This document shows positions 9,034 to 17,116 of a stretch of 17,725 bases of DNA, in pieces. A program made the translations under genes and the position numbers. A model generated the notes under the pieces. It was given only the letters and a program-made list of their open reading frames with translations. It did no database searches and was not told where the DNA came from. Position 1 is the first letter of the stretch; every line of letters begins with the position of its first letter. Origin of the DNA: Planctomycetota bacterium (GTDB lineage Bacteria > Planctomycetota > GCA-002687715 > DRQF01); assembly GCA_027001995.1 (NCBI GenBank), contig JALTLO010000204.1, positions 65,364 through 83,088 on the forward strand, read 5' to 3'.

Positions 9034-9128
9034 CTGTCTTCGGATCGATCAGCCTCAAGCCTTACTGGATCATTATCCACGGGTAGAGACCCAGGGTTAC
9101 CCAGGGGAATTCGGGAAGAGGGCCATGT

Positions 9129-12100
9129 TTAGCCTTCCATCTCCATTTCGTTCTCTTCAGGTTTGGTGCGGCCTCCGACCTCCGGCGTGTCCGAAGCTGC
9201 TTCCATCTCCATCAGAACTTCACCCGCAACAACCTTGGTCGCCCCATTCTTGTTGTCATTGTCCGGAAGCGCCTCACCCCTAAGCGAGTCGCCCTGTTGC
9301 CGACTGGAAGATGATTTCCTGGTGTCAGATTTCGCTTTCTTGCCGCTGGATTTACGGGCGGCAGCACGCCCGAGTTTAGGGTCCGAGCTGGAGTCCCTTT
9401 CTACAAAGCTGCCGTCCGCGGCTACGTCTTCAAAGCGAACTCCCACGTGACGACTTACGCCCCGTTCTCCCATCGTCACTCCAAAGAGAACATCTGCCCG
9501 TGCCATCGTTCGACGGCTATGGGTAATCAACAAGAATTGAGTGCGATCGAAGAACTCATCTAAGAGTTGACAAAACCGCTCGGTGTTGTCTTCGTCCAAA
9601 GCGGCGTCAACTTCATCCATCAAACAACATGGACAAGGATGAGCCCTAATGATGGCAAACAAGAGAGCCACGGCAGTGAGGGTACGTTCGCCACCGGACA
9701 GTAAAGTGATGCTGCGAGCTTCCTTTCCCGGAGGCCGCGCTGTGATTTCGATTCCTGATTCCAGAACGTTTTCGGGATCCGTGAGAACAATGTCTGCCTT
9801 ACCACCACCAAAGAGCTTGCGGAACATCACTTGGAAATGCTCACGCACATGATTGAAGGTCTCGTTAAAGAGGCGGGTAGACTCTTCTTCAATATCCCGC
9901 AGGATACGGGCGAGCTGTCCCTTACTGTGAACCAAGTCATTGCGCTGAGCCGTCAAGAACTCCAAACGTTCTTCCACTTCAGCCAAGTCATCAATAGCCT
10001 GCAAGTTCACGTTGCCAAGTTTTCGCAACTTGGCTTTGCGCTCTTCGAGCTCGTTTTCGATTCCTTGCCAGTCCACGTCATCCGTGGCCTCGAAGCCTTC
10101 ATGAAGTTCCACCAAGTCGAGTTCGAGCTCTTCCTTGATGTGCTCGATCAGCCCTTCCATGGCAACGCGCAACTCGCCTGACTTCATTTCAGATTTGTGG
10201 ATACGATTCTCAAGTAAGCGCAACTCTTCTTCGACATCTCGGCATTGAGCCCCTAAGTCTTTGTGCTTCCGGCGTACCTCGCTTAGCTCCTCTTCAATCG
10301 TGCTGATGGCCTGACGCGATTCTTTGAGTTGCGATTGGAAGAGTTTTACTTTTTCCTCTTCTTCACCAACGGAAGTGGCCGACTTGGCCTTGTCTTCAGC
10401 GAATGTGGACAACTCCCCATGGTAACGCTGGATGGCCTTCTTCGCCTGTTCGTGGCGATCTTCTAAGTGACGAGCGCTACTTTGATAGCCTTCCAACTGC
10501 TGAGTAGCTGTGGCCAACTCAACACGATCATGCTCAAGTTTCGTCGCAGCCAAATCTAATTCAGCTCGCAGAGCATCCCGATCCTCATTTGTCATGGACC
10601 GAGCATCTTCGGCCTGCTTGAGCAGCAAGGTCGCTTCTTCCAACTCTGCGGTGTTCTTTTGTTGTTCTTGACCTATTTGGGACAATCGAGACTCGGCATC
10701 ATGGCGCCGAGATTCTAATTGCTCCAACTCGGCAACAGCACGCTCGCGTTGTCTTGCCAGAGCTTGCACTTCGTGGTCAAGGGCCCGATTAGCACTTTCT
10801 TCAATGGCAACCTTTTGACGGCAGGCCTCAACAACAGCACGTCCTTCTTGTCGTTTGCTCCGCAGGGCTTCCAACTTTTGCGACAAAGCGGCTAAGTCAG
10901 CTTCTAAGGCTGCCTTTTCGGCCCGCAGTGACTCCAGCTCGGAGCGAACAGCTATTAGCCCTCTTTTGCCCTTGCTGCTGCCGGTCACAATGATGCGACC
11001 ATCACGGACAATGCCGCCATCGGCTGTCACCACGACGGCGGGAAACTTAGGCTTGCCGATTTTGCCTTTGATATCTTCGAAACTCAGTACTTGAAGATCT
11101 TCCAGAAGGCTACCCAAAACTCGGGCCGCTTGATCATCCTTGGGCTTGATGCCCTCTGGAATTTTGCCGGCCTTCTTCTCAAACGCTTCGAGGGCAAGAA
11201 AGGCCGCACGACCTTGGCCCCCAGCAGCAAGAAATTCAGCTCCGGCGAGGGCTTCGTCCCAAGTGTCAACGACGATACCTTGAGAGAGATCGCCCAGGGC
11301 TGCTTCGAAGGCGTCCGCCAAAACCAAATCAGCTTGAAAGAGATCAATGACTAACCCGCGAAATCCTGGCAGGAAGTTCTTGTCTTTCTTGCGCTTGGCC
11401 AGGATGGTACGAACACCCTCATCCAAGCCCTCTTGCCGAGCGATGTGCCCTTCCAGAGCTTCGACGCGGCCAGAGACCTTCGAGTAGGCCGAGACCTGGG
11501 TGTTGTGCTCCTCCGTCGATTCGGCCAATTCTTCGTCAACGCTGGTTAGCAATGCCCGGGCATTCTCGTGGGCGGTCTTCTCCGCTTCCCAGCTTGCCTT
11601 TGAATCTTCGAAACGCTGTTTACGTTCGACCAAGGAAGCATTGAGGCGATCGTTTTCACGGACCCCTTCATCCCTGGCTTCATCAAACCTCTCCAGTTCA
11701 TCCTTCCAGCGCCGGCTATCTGCATCTAAGCGGGCATGTTCCCTCTCAAATTCAGAGCGTTTTCTCTGCAAGCTTTTCAGAGAGTCGTCTGCCTGCCGCA
11801 ATGAGGTCTCGGCCGCTTTCATCTTGTCGCGAAAACCGACGACAATGCTTTCGTTCTTGGCCAAGGAATCCCGCATCGCCCCCAGGCGCTGGCTCAGATC
11901 TTTGGCCTCTTCCACGGCGCGGGTGCCTTCCGCAGCACTGGAAGCCAAGTCTGCCTCCAATTCTTGGATATGGCTCTTTCGACTCTCTTCACGTCGTTCG
12001 AGTTCGTCCAAATGCCGCTTGTGAAAGCTAACCAAGTCTCTTGCGCCCTGTTCTCGGGCTTCGATATTGGCGGTTTGCTCCCGGGCAATGGTCAACTTTT

Positions 12101-12941
12101 CAGTAATGACATGGAGCTCTTCTTCGACATCAGCAAGTAATCTCCGGAGCTCCACTTGATGAGCATCGCGCTTGGCACGATCTTCTCCTAACTCATCCAG
12201 TTCCTCCAAGATTTCTCCACGACGAGACGCATTCACGTCGAAACGATAGAGAGCCACTTGGGCTTGCAACTCACGAGCACGCAGGCTGTGTTCCCTGTAT
12301 CGCTCAGCTTTGCCAGCTTGAATTTTCAGGGATCTTTGCTGACGATTCAGCTCTTCTAAGATGTCAGCCAAACGGAGGAGATTGGATTCGACTTTGTCGA
12401 GTTTGAGTTCGGTTTCGTGACGGCGGGCTCGGAATCTGGAGATTCCCGCTGCTTCTTCGAAGACTTTCCGACGCTCGAGGGGATTGGAGGCCAAAACGCT
12501 ATCGATCTTGCCCTGCTCCATGAAGGAATATCCTCCAGGACCAAGACCTGTCCCCATGAACAACTCACGAATGTCCTTCAGTCGACGATTCACCCCGTTG
12601 ATGAGGTATTCGCTTTCGCCACTGCGGTAAAGCCGACGGCTGACCTCGACTTCTTTGCTGTCAATGGGAAGAGTGCCATCGCTGTTATCGAAACGCAACG
12701 TCACCTCTGCCAAGTCCATGGCAGACCGACTGGCACTACCGTTGAAGATGACATCAGTCATGTCACGGCCACGAAGTGACTTAGCTCGTTGCTCACCCAA
12801 GACCCATTTGACGGCGTCGAGGGTATTGCTCTTGCCGCAACCATTAGGTCCTACGATGGCGGTGACGCCGTCAACAAGATCGAATACGGTTCGTTCAGCA
12901 AACGACTTGAAGCCGAACATTTCCAATGCTGTGAGTCTCAA
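9129..12941 (-). CDS. smc: Chromosome segregation protein SMC
   Basis: FGFKSF, Walker A GPNGCGKSN, Q-loop MEQGKI, long coiled coils, hinge (EAALG...GRAAF), signature LSGGE, Walker B/D-loop MDEVDAALD, H-loop ITH. TTG start with AGGAGAG SD. Confidence 0.98.
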   Translation of the reverse strand: MRLTALEMFGFKSFAERTVFDLVDGVTAIVGPNGCGKSNTLDAVKWVLGEQRAKSLRGRDMTDVIFNGSASRSAMDLAEVTLRFDNSDGTLPIDSKEVEVSRRLYRSGESEYLINGVNRRLKDIRELFMGTGLGPGGYSFMEQGKIDSVLASNPLERRKVFEEAAGISRFRARRHETELKLDKVESNLLRLADILEELNRQQRSLKIQAGKAERYREHSLRARELQAQVALYRFDVNASRRGEILEELDELGEDRAKRDAHQVELRRLLADVEEELHVITEKLTIAREQTANIEAREQGARDLVSFHKRHLDELERREESRKSHIQELEADLASSAAEGTRAVEEAKDLSQRLGAMRDSLAKNESIVVGFRDKMKAAETSLRQADDSLKSLQRKRSEFEREHARLDADSRRWKDELERFDEARDEGVRENDRLNASLVERKQRFEDSKASWEAEKTAHENARALLTSVDEELAESTEEHNTQVSAYSKVSGRVEALEGHIARQEGLDEGVRTILAKRKKDKNFLPGFRGLVIDLFQADLVLADAFEAALGDLSQGIVVDTWDEALAGAEFLAAGGQGRAAFLALEAFEKKAGKIPEGIKPKDDQAARVLGSLLEDLQVLSFEDIKGKIGKPKFPAVVVTADGGIVRDGRIIVTGSSKGKRGLIAVRSELESLRAEKAALEADLAALSQKLEALRSKRQEGRAVVEACRQKVAIEESANRALDHEVQALARQRERAVAELEQLESRRHDAESRLSQIGQEQQKNTAELEEATLLLKQAEDARSMTNEDRDALRAELDLAATKLEHDRVELATATQQLEGYQSSARHLEDRHEQAKKAIQRYHGELSTFAEDKAKSATSVGEEEEKVKLFQSQLKESRQAISTIEEELSEVRRKHKDLGAQCRDVEEELRLLENRIHKSEMKSGELRVAMEGLIEHIKEELELDLVELHEGFEATDDVDWQGIENELEERKAKLRKLGNVNLQAIDDLAEVEERLEFLTAQRNDLVHSKGQLARILRDIEEESTRLFNETFNHVREHFQVMFRKLFGGGKADIVLTDPENVLESGIEITARPPGKEARSITLLSGGERTLTAVALLFAIIRAHPCPCCLMDEVDAALDEDNTERFCQLLDEFFDRTQFLLITHSRRTMARADVLFGVTMGERGVSRHVGVRFEDVAADGSFVERDSSSDPKLGRAAARKSSGKKAKSDTRKSSSSRQQGDSLRGEALPDNDNKNGATKVVAGEVLMEMEAASDTPEVGGRTKPEENEMEMEG

Positions 12942-12998
12942 ACCGAACTCTCCTGTTGATTCAGTGTCCAGATAATAATGCTCACTGGTGACACTCCA

Positions 12999-14369
12999 TC
13001 ATTTGTTGTTTATTTCAGGTATCAGACCCTTCAGGTCCGGAATCAGAGCCTCTGCACGGGCTCTCAGGCTCAATTGCTCGATCAAGGCCTCGAATTGTAC
13101 GGGCGTCAGATCAGGACGGATACGAAGGAAAATGTGGGAGAATTGTCTCTTTTCTGTATCGCCCCGGCCACGGGACGCTTCAACACGAATGTAGTGGATG
13201 CCATGAGCGCCGACAAAAGGGCCGATAGCGATGTTCTTAGGGGCTGAGAAAACCCGCGTTCCCAACCATGGCTCCAGTTCCCGTCGTCCCACCCAAGGAC
13301 GTTTCCCTGCCAAATAGGGGGCGCCAATCGCTTCGGCTGCTTGGCGAAACGTCTTTCCCTTGGCCAATGCCTTGTCCACCACAACAGCCTTTATCCTCAA
13401 GGCTCGGAATTCCTCCACATGGTGAGTCAAAGATGCAACCAAAGGCAAGAAGACCCGGGCGATGACATAGCGTTTCAAGGACGTCCCCGGCAGAGGAAAG
13501 TCGTCGTAGCGCAGCTTCACAAACTTCAAGACGTCATTGAAGACTTCTTGACCTACCGCCACGCCATTGATCCGCAAGGCAGGGTTGGTGCTGCCTTTGA
13601 GGATTTCGAAAACGGGGGGAGTTGGAGCACCGACAAAATCATCTTGGGACAGTTGAATCATCGTGGGTTTAGTGGCGTCAATCTCGATTTTCTTGCTCAG
13701 CGTTCCCAGAACTTCATGGTGCACCACCAATTCGACTTGCCCAGGATTCAAACCGCGAATTTCGAATGAACCATTCTTGTCCGTGATCAAACTGGGGCGC
13801 CATCCCGGCCGGTGGATCATCGCCTTGATGAATGGAAAGCTCTTTTCCACCAATTCCAATCGTCCGGTCTTGGGCAGATCAATCTGCAAGTTAACGTTCG
13901 GCCCCACTTCGAACTCTCGCTGTGCCCCGGCATCATTCCTTATCAAAAATCGATAAGATCGTGGATCTTTGTTGTGGACATGAACACGCCCACCAGGTCT
14001 CAAGAACACAACGCGGTGCTCGAAGGCCATGTCCTTCAGAGTTAAGGGAACCACCCCTGGGCGCTTAGCACCGATCTCTAAACCATTGAGCCAAACAGCG
14101 CAATTCCCTATACCCCCGGAATCTTCATCAACCAACAAAGATGTATCGAGGATTTTCTTGCCAATGAGCATCCGCTCCAAAAGTACATCGGTTCCACGAG
14201 ATCCTGGGGGCCAAAGGACTTCTCTTTGGGCATAGGACTTCCCAGTCCATGTGATCTTCCCGACCAAAGACGGGCCATTAAATTTCGCAGGCTCACTGTT
14301 AGGCGTCTGAGCCTCAAGTGAGACCAGAAAGCTCAAGGACAGCAACAGGGTGAGAAAAATTCGATTCAT
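12999..14369 (-). CDS. Secreted hypothetical protein: cupredoxin-like and carboxypeptidase-regulatory-like beta domains plus a C-terminal parvulin/SurA-like domain
   Basis: Start reassigned to ATG 14369, giving signal peptide MNRIFLTLLLSLSFLVSLEA. TDKNGSFEIRGLNPGQVELVVHHEVLG resembles a CarboxypepD_reg-type segment; LAKGKTFRQAA...WVGRRELEP...GPFVGAHGIHYIRVE resembles PpiC. Confidence 0.6.
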   Translation of the reverse strand: MNRIFLTLLLSLSFLVSLEAQTPNSEPAKFNGPSLVGKITWTGKSYAQREVLWPPGSRGTDVLLERMLIGKKILDTSLLVDEDSGGIGNCAVWLNGLEIGAKRPGVVPLTLKDMAFEHRVVFLRPGGRVHVHNKDPRSYRFLIRNDAGAQREFEVGPNVNLQIDLPKTGRLELVEKSFPFIKAMIHRPGWRPSLITDKNGSFEIRGLNPGQVELVVHHEVLGTLSKKIEIDATKPTMIQLSQDDFVGAPTPPVFEILKGSTNPALRINGVAVGQEVFNDVLKFVKLRYDDFPLPGTSLKRYVIARVFLPLVASLTHHVEEFRALRIKAVVVDKALAKGKTFRQAAEAIGAPYLAGKRPWVGRRELEPWLGTRVFSAPKNIAIGPFVGAHGIHYIRVEASRGRGDTEKRQFSHIFLRIRPDLTPVQFEALIEQLSLRARAEALIPDLKGLIPEINNK

Positions 14370-14373
14370 GTTC

Positions 14374-16464
14374 TTACTCAAAAAGCTGTTCTTGAAATTC
14401 GAAAATCTCTGCACGTTCCTCCAACTCAACATAAGCAAGGTCGGTAGAATCGAAGAGTTGTCTCAGCCATTCGGCATTCGCGATATCATCTGCTCCCCGG
14501 GTTGGAATCGGCAAACCTCGGCCAAATTTACGGAGAAAGGTTCCTCTTAGGACCGGTTCATTCTCGGCCCCAAAAACGGGGGTTGTAAGAGGCAGGGACG
14601 GCAAACCGATGAGGGACTGGGCCAAAGCAGCAGTGAGCTCGGCGTGACCTAACTGCATGGCCAAAGCATCCGTGGCACTGAGAAGGCGGGCGCGGACCTT
14701 CCGGTCAGTAACACCACCAAGACTCATCTCCAGGCGTATTTGTTCGTGTTCTTCACCTGCCATGTACTCGACATAAGAGAAGATTCTGGCCAAGACACTG
14801 GGGCCTTCACTTTCGCTGATGATGCCTCGCCCAACCAAGAATTTGATCCCCTGAGCCAAACCCCAAAGCTGAATCTGAGCCCCTTGACCCGTCCCTTCGA
14901 TCGCCAATTCCGATCCGGATGCCAATCGAGCCACCAGCCCCTTGAGAGTCTCAGGGGCCGACCTTCGCAGGAACCAATACTTCTCAAAAATAGCATCGAT
15001 GGCCAATCGCAATGGCCCACCCAAAGCCTGTGTTATTTCGTCCACGTTCCGCACGTCTGCCAGGGCTAATGCGTAGGGCACATTGATAGCAACTGCCCCA
15101 ACACCGAGGAGAACAGAATTCGGGTTGTTGGGTTCAAGGTCGACTTTTTGGTGGTCATGACGAACCAACTCAAGCCCCACCCCTCTGTGTTTGCGAGCAG
15201 CAATGAGAAGTTTGTCCAACACTTGGCTATTTGGCCAAGGGGAAGCTGAGCTGTCAGACCCAGCGTGAATCTTAAAGGTCAAACCCAAGCGTCCAGAAAG
15301 TGAACTCTGAGATTCCAAGCGATTAAGGAGGAGAAGAGAAAGCTTTTCAGCTTGCGTTTGCTCTCCCCCAGACAGAGATCCACCTTTGAGCTCCAGTTCC
15401 AAAGTAACCGGAGAGAAAACAGGGCGCCCGAAGACATCAACACGGGTCAGATGGTCTAAGAGTTGATTGACGAAGCGCGACATTCCCGCTGCCGAAACCT
15501 TCTTTTCGGAATTCTCTATCACACTGGCGAAATTGACGATCACAACACGCTGGCGAACCAAGGGCCTTAACCCCTGGAGGAGAGTCACTAAATCAACGAG
15601 AAATTCTTCGATGCGACTGACACTGGGAAGCAAAGGGCCCGCGGCGTCAAAACGAATGTCTTCCACCTTCTGAGGATGGCCCAGTCCCAAGATGTGAATC
15701 CGACCAGCCAAATGCGCCTTGGCTACTGGCCCCGTATGGATTTCTTCCAGTTCATAATTTGACAAGACCGCTTGAGCGCACATCTCTTGAGGATCAACAA
15801 CTTCTCCGTCCTCTGGATACAACCAGCGGTCGATCTCCTGCTTGGACACCCCCAAAAGACGATAGCGATTAACCATAGACTCATGTCCACGGCTAGCCAT
15901 CTCAACAGCGACGAATTCTCGAATGAGGGAGGTGGTCACACGCCCCAATCCGGCGATGGCAAGTTTCCTCTCAACTTCGATGGCGATCTCTTCTGCCTCT
16001 GATTCGCTGATACATGTTTCGTCCAAGACGGAACGCAGTAAGAGCTCACGACGCCAAGGCTGAGTAATGCCCCCAGTTCCTCTCACAACTTCTAATCCAG
16101 ACGCGATTTCTTCCCCCAAGTCTTCATCTTCAGGAATGACAGGGGCATCAGCGTCCCGAGCATCCGACGGTGTCATCGAACCGGAGCGACATTGAATGCG
16201 TCGAAACGTATTGGCAATGCGAACATGACCTGTTTCCACCAGGACCTTGTAGATCATGTCCCGCACTTCTTGCAAAGAAGGTGGATAATCATCGTCGAAG
16301 CGTTTCTCCAAGAAGAGAGTGACAACGCCAGAAAGTTCCTCCGCCAGGATGCTGTCCCCGGTGCCACAAGCAACAACGGCTTCATTGATAGACTCCGAAA
16401 TCTTGGACTGACGAAACGGAATAAGACGTCCAGATTCGGCACGGACTTTTCTAAGCCTTCCCAT
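14374..16464 (-). CDS. Double ATP-cone protein, degenerate class III ribonucleotide reductase (NrdD-like) lacking catalytic cysteines and the glycyl-radical domain
   Basis: ATP cone 1 at aa ~4-90 (PFRQSKI...LAEEL...[15 protein letters not shown]) and cone 2 at aa ~124-200 (W.RE...[10 protein letters not shown]...TTSLIRE). NrdD-like core segments [13 protein letters not shown] and AVAINVP. GGGAG SD; overlaps the nrdR stop. Confidence 0.75.
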   Translation of the reverse strand: MGRLRKVRAESGRLIPFRQSKISESINEAVVACGTGDSILAEELSGVVTLFLEKRFDDDYPPSLQEVRDMIYKVLVETGHVRIANTFRRIQCRSGSMTPSDARDADAPVIPEDEDLGEEIASGLEVVRGTGGITQPWRRELLLRSVLDETCISESEAEEIAIEVERKLAIAGLGRVTTSLIREFVAVEMASRGHESMVNRYRLLGVSKQEIDRWLYPEDGEVVDPQEMCAQAVLSNYELEEIHTGPVAKAHLAGRIHILGLGHPQKVEDIRFDAAGPLLPSVSRIEEFLVDLVTLLQGLRPLVRQRVVIVNFASVIENSEKKVSAAGMSRFVNQLLDHLTRVDVFGRPVFSPVTLELELKGGSLSGGEQTQAEKLSLLLLNRLESQSSLSGRLGLTFKIHAGSDSSASPWPNSQVLDKLLIAARKHRGVGLELVRHDHQKVDLEPNNPNSVLLGVGAVAINVPYALALADVRNVDEITQALGGPLRLAIDAIFEKYWFLRRSAPETLKGLVARLASGSELAIEGTGQGAQIQLWGLAQGIKFLVGRGIISESEGPSVLARIFSYVEYMAGEEHEQIRLEMSLGGVTDRKVRARLLSATDALAMQLGHAELTAALAQSLIGLPSLPLTTPVFGAENEPVLRGTFLRKFGRGLPIPTRGADDIANAEWLRQLFDSTDLAYVELEERAEIFEFQEQLFE

Positions 16465-16921
16465 CCGACTCCCTTTCTACGATGCGGCGCAATTCGTGGA
16501 CAAACTCATTGACATCTTTGAACTCCCGATAGACAGAGGCGAATCGCACATACGCCACCTGGTCGAGTTCTTGAAGGGAGTCCATCACCATGTTTCCGAT
16601 GAATTTGGATGCCACTTCTTTGTCAAACATTTCGTTGATGCGAGCTTCGATATCATCCAAAAGAGCATCCACTTGCTCCGCTGAAACAGGCCGCTTTTCG
16701 CAGGCCTTCACCACACCATTGCGAATACGGTCTCTGTCAAAGGGGACACGGGTTCCGTTTTTCTTGATCACAAAGAAAGGAACCTCCTCGACTTTTTCAT
16801 ACGTCGTGTAGCGTCGGCCACAGGCATCACATTCACGGCGACGTCGAATAGACGTGCCATCGGCAGCCGTACGACTGTCCACGACTTTGTCTTTCGTATT
16901 CTTGCAATATGGACAACGCAA
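16451..16921 (-). CDS. nrdR: Transcriptional repressor NrdR
   Basis: Zn ribbon RCPYC...KVVDSR...[19 protein letters not shown] cone VIKKNG, C-terminal [19 protein letters not shown] start at 16921 with GGAG SD 7 nt upstream; 156 aa. Confidence 0.98.
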   Translation of the reverse strand: MRCPYCKNTKDKVVDSRTAADGTSIRRRRECDACGRRYTTYEKVEEVPFFVIKKNGTRVPFDRDRIRNGVVKACEKRPVSAEQVDALLDDIEARINEMFDKEVASKFIGNMVMDSLQELDQVAYVRFASVYREFKDVNEFVHELRRIVERESDGKA

Positions 16922-16955
16922 ATGACTGCTCCAAGTCACAAAACCAAGGGATGGG

Positions 16956-16971
16956 ACGCCAGATATTGTGG
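16956..16971. promoter_or_regulatory. NrdR box (proximal to nrdR)
   Basis: ACGCCAGATATTGTGG, 12/16 match to the consensus ACACWATATATWGTGT. Confidence 0.75.
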
Positions 16972-16988
16972 CAGAGGCTGGGCACAGT

Positions 16989-17004
16989 ACACAAGATATA
17001 GCGT
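16989..17004. promoter_or_regulatory. NrdR box (distal), overlapping a putative -10 element
   Basis: ACACAAGATATAGCGT, 14/16 match to consensus, 33 bp from the first box. Minus strand TTGCTG-16 nt-TATCTT overlaps it. Confidence 0.82.
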
Positions 17005-17078
17005 CGGAAAAGTACAGCAATTATCAAAGAAATCGCTAAATCATGATGGGGAATAAGCTTAAGGACGAACTCAAGAAG

Positions 17079-17109
17079 TTATCCAAAGGTTGCCCACAGG
17101 TTTCCCATC
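17079..17109 (+). repeat. Three 11-bp-phased DnaA-box-like 9-mers
   Basis: TTATCCAAA gg TTGCCCACA gg TTTCCCATC compared with the DnaA consensus TTATNCACA. Confidence 0.35.
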
Positions 17110-17116
17110 ACTCTTG

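Noticed and set aside
14370..14438. N-terminal extension of the secreted protein
   Set aside because: It overlaps the upstream gene; ATG 14369 exposes a clean signal peptide.
15361..15375. LSGGE (ABC signature-like) within the NrdD-like protein
   Set aside because: No Walker A/B context; it lies in a Gly/Ser loop and is probably coincidental.
14374..16464. Calling the NrdD-like gene an active nrdD or a pseudogene
   Set aside because: Catalytic Cys and Gly motifs are absent, so it is not active NrdD. The ORF is uninterrupted with an SD, tight coupling and operators, so it is not an evident pseudogene.
16922..17020. N-terminal extension of NrdR in the ORF track
   Set aside because: It runs over the NrdR boxes and promoter. 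TTG 16921 has a proper SD and gives the canonical MRCPYC start.
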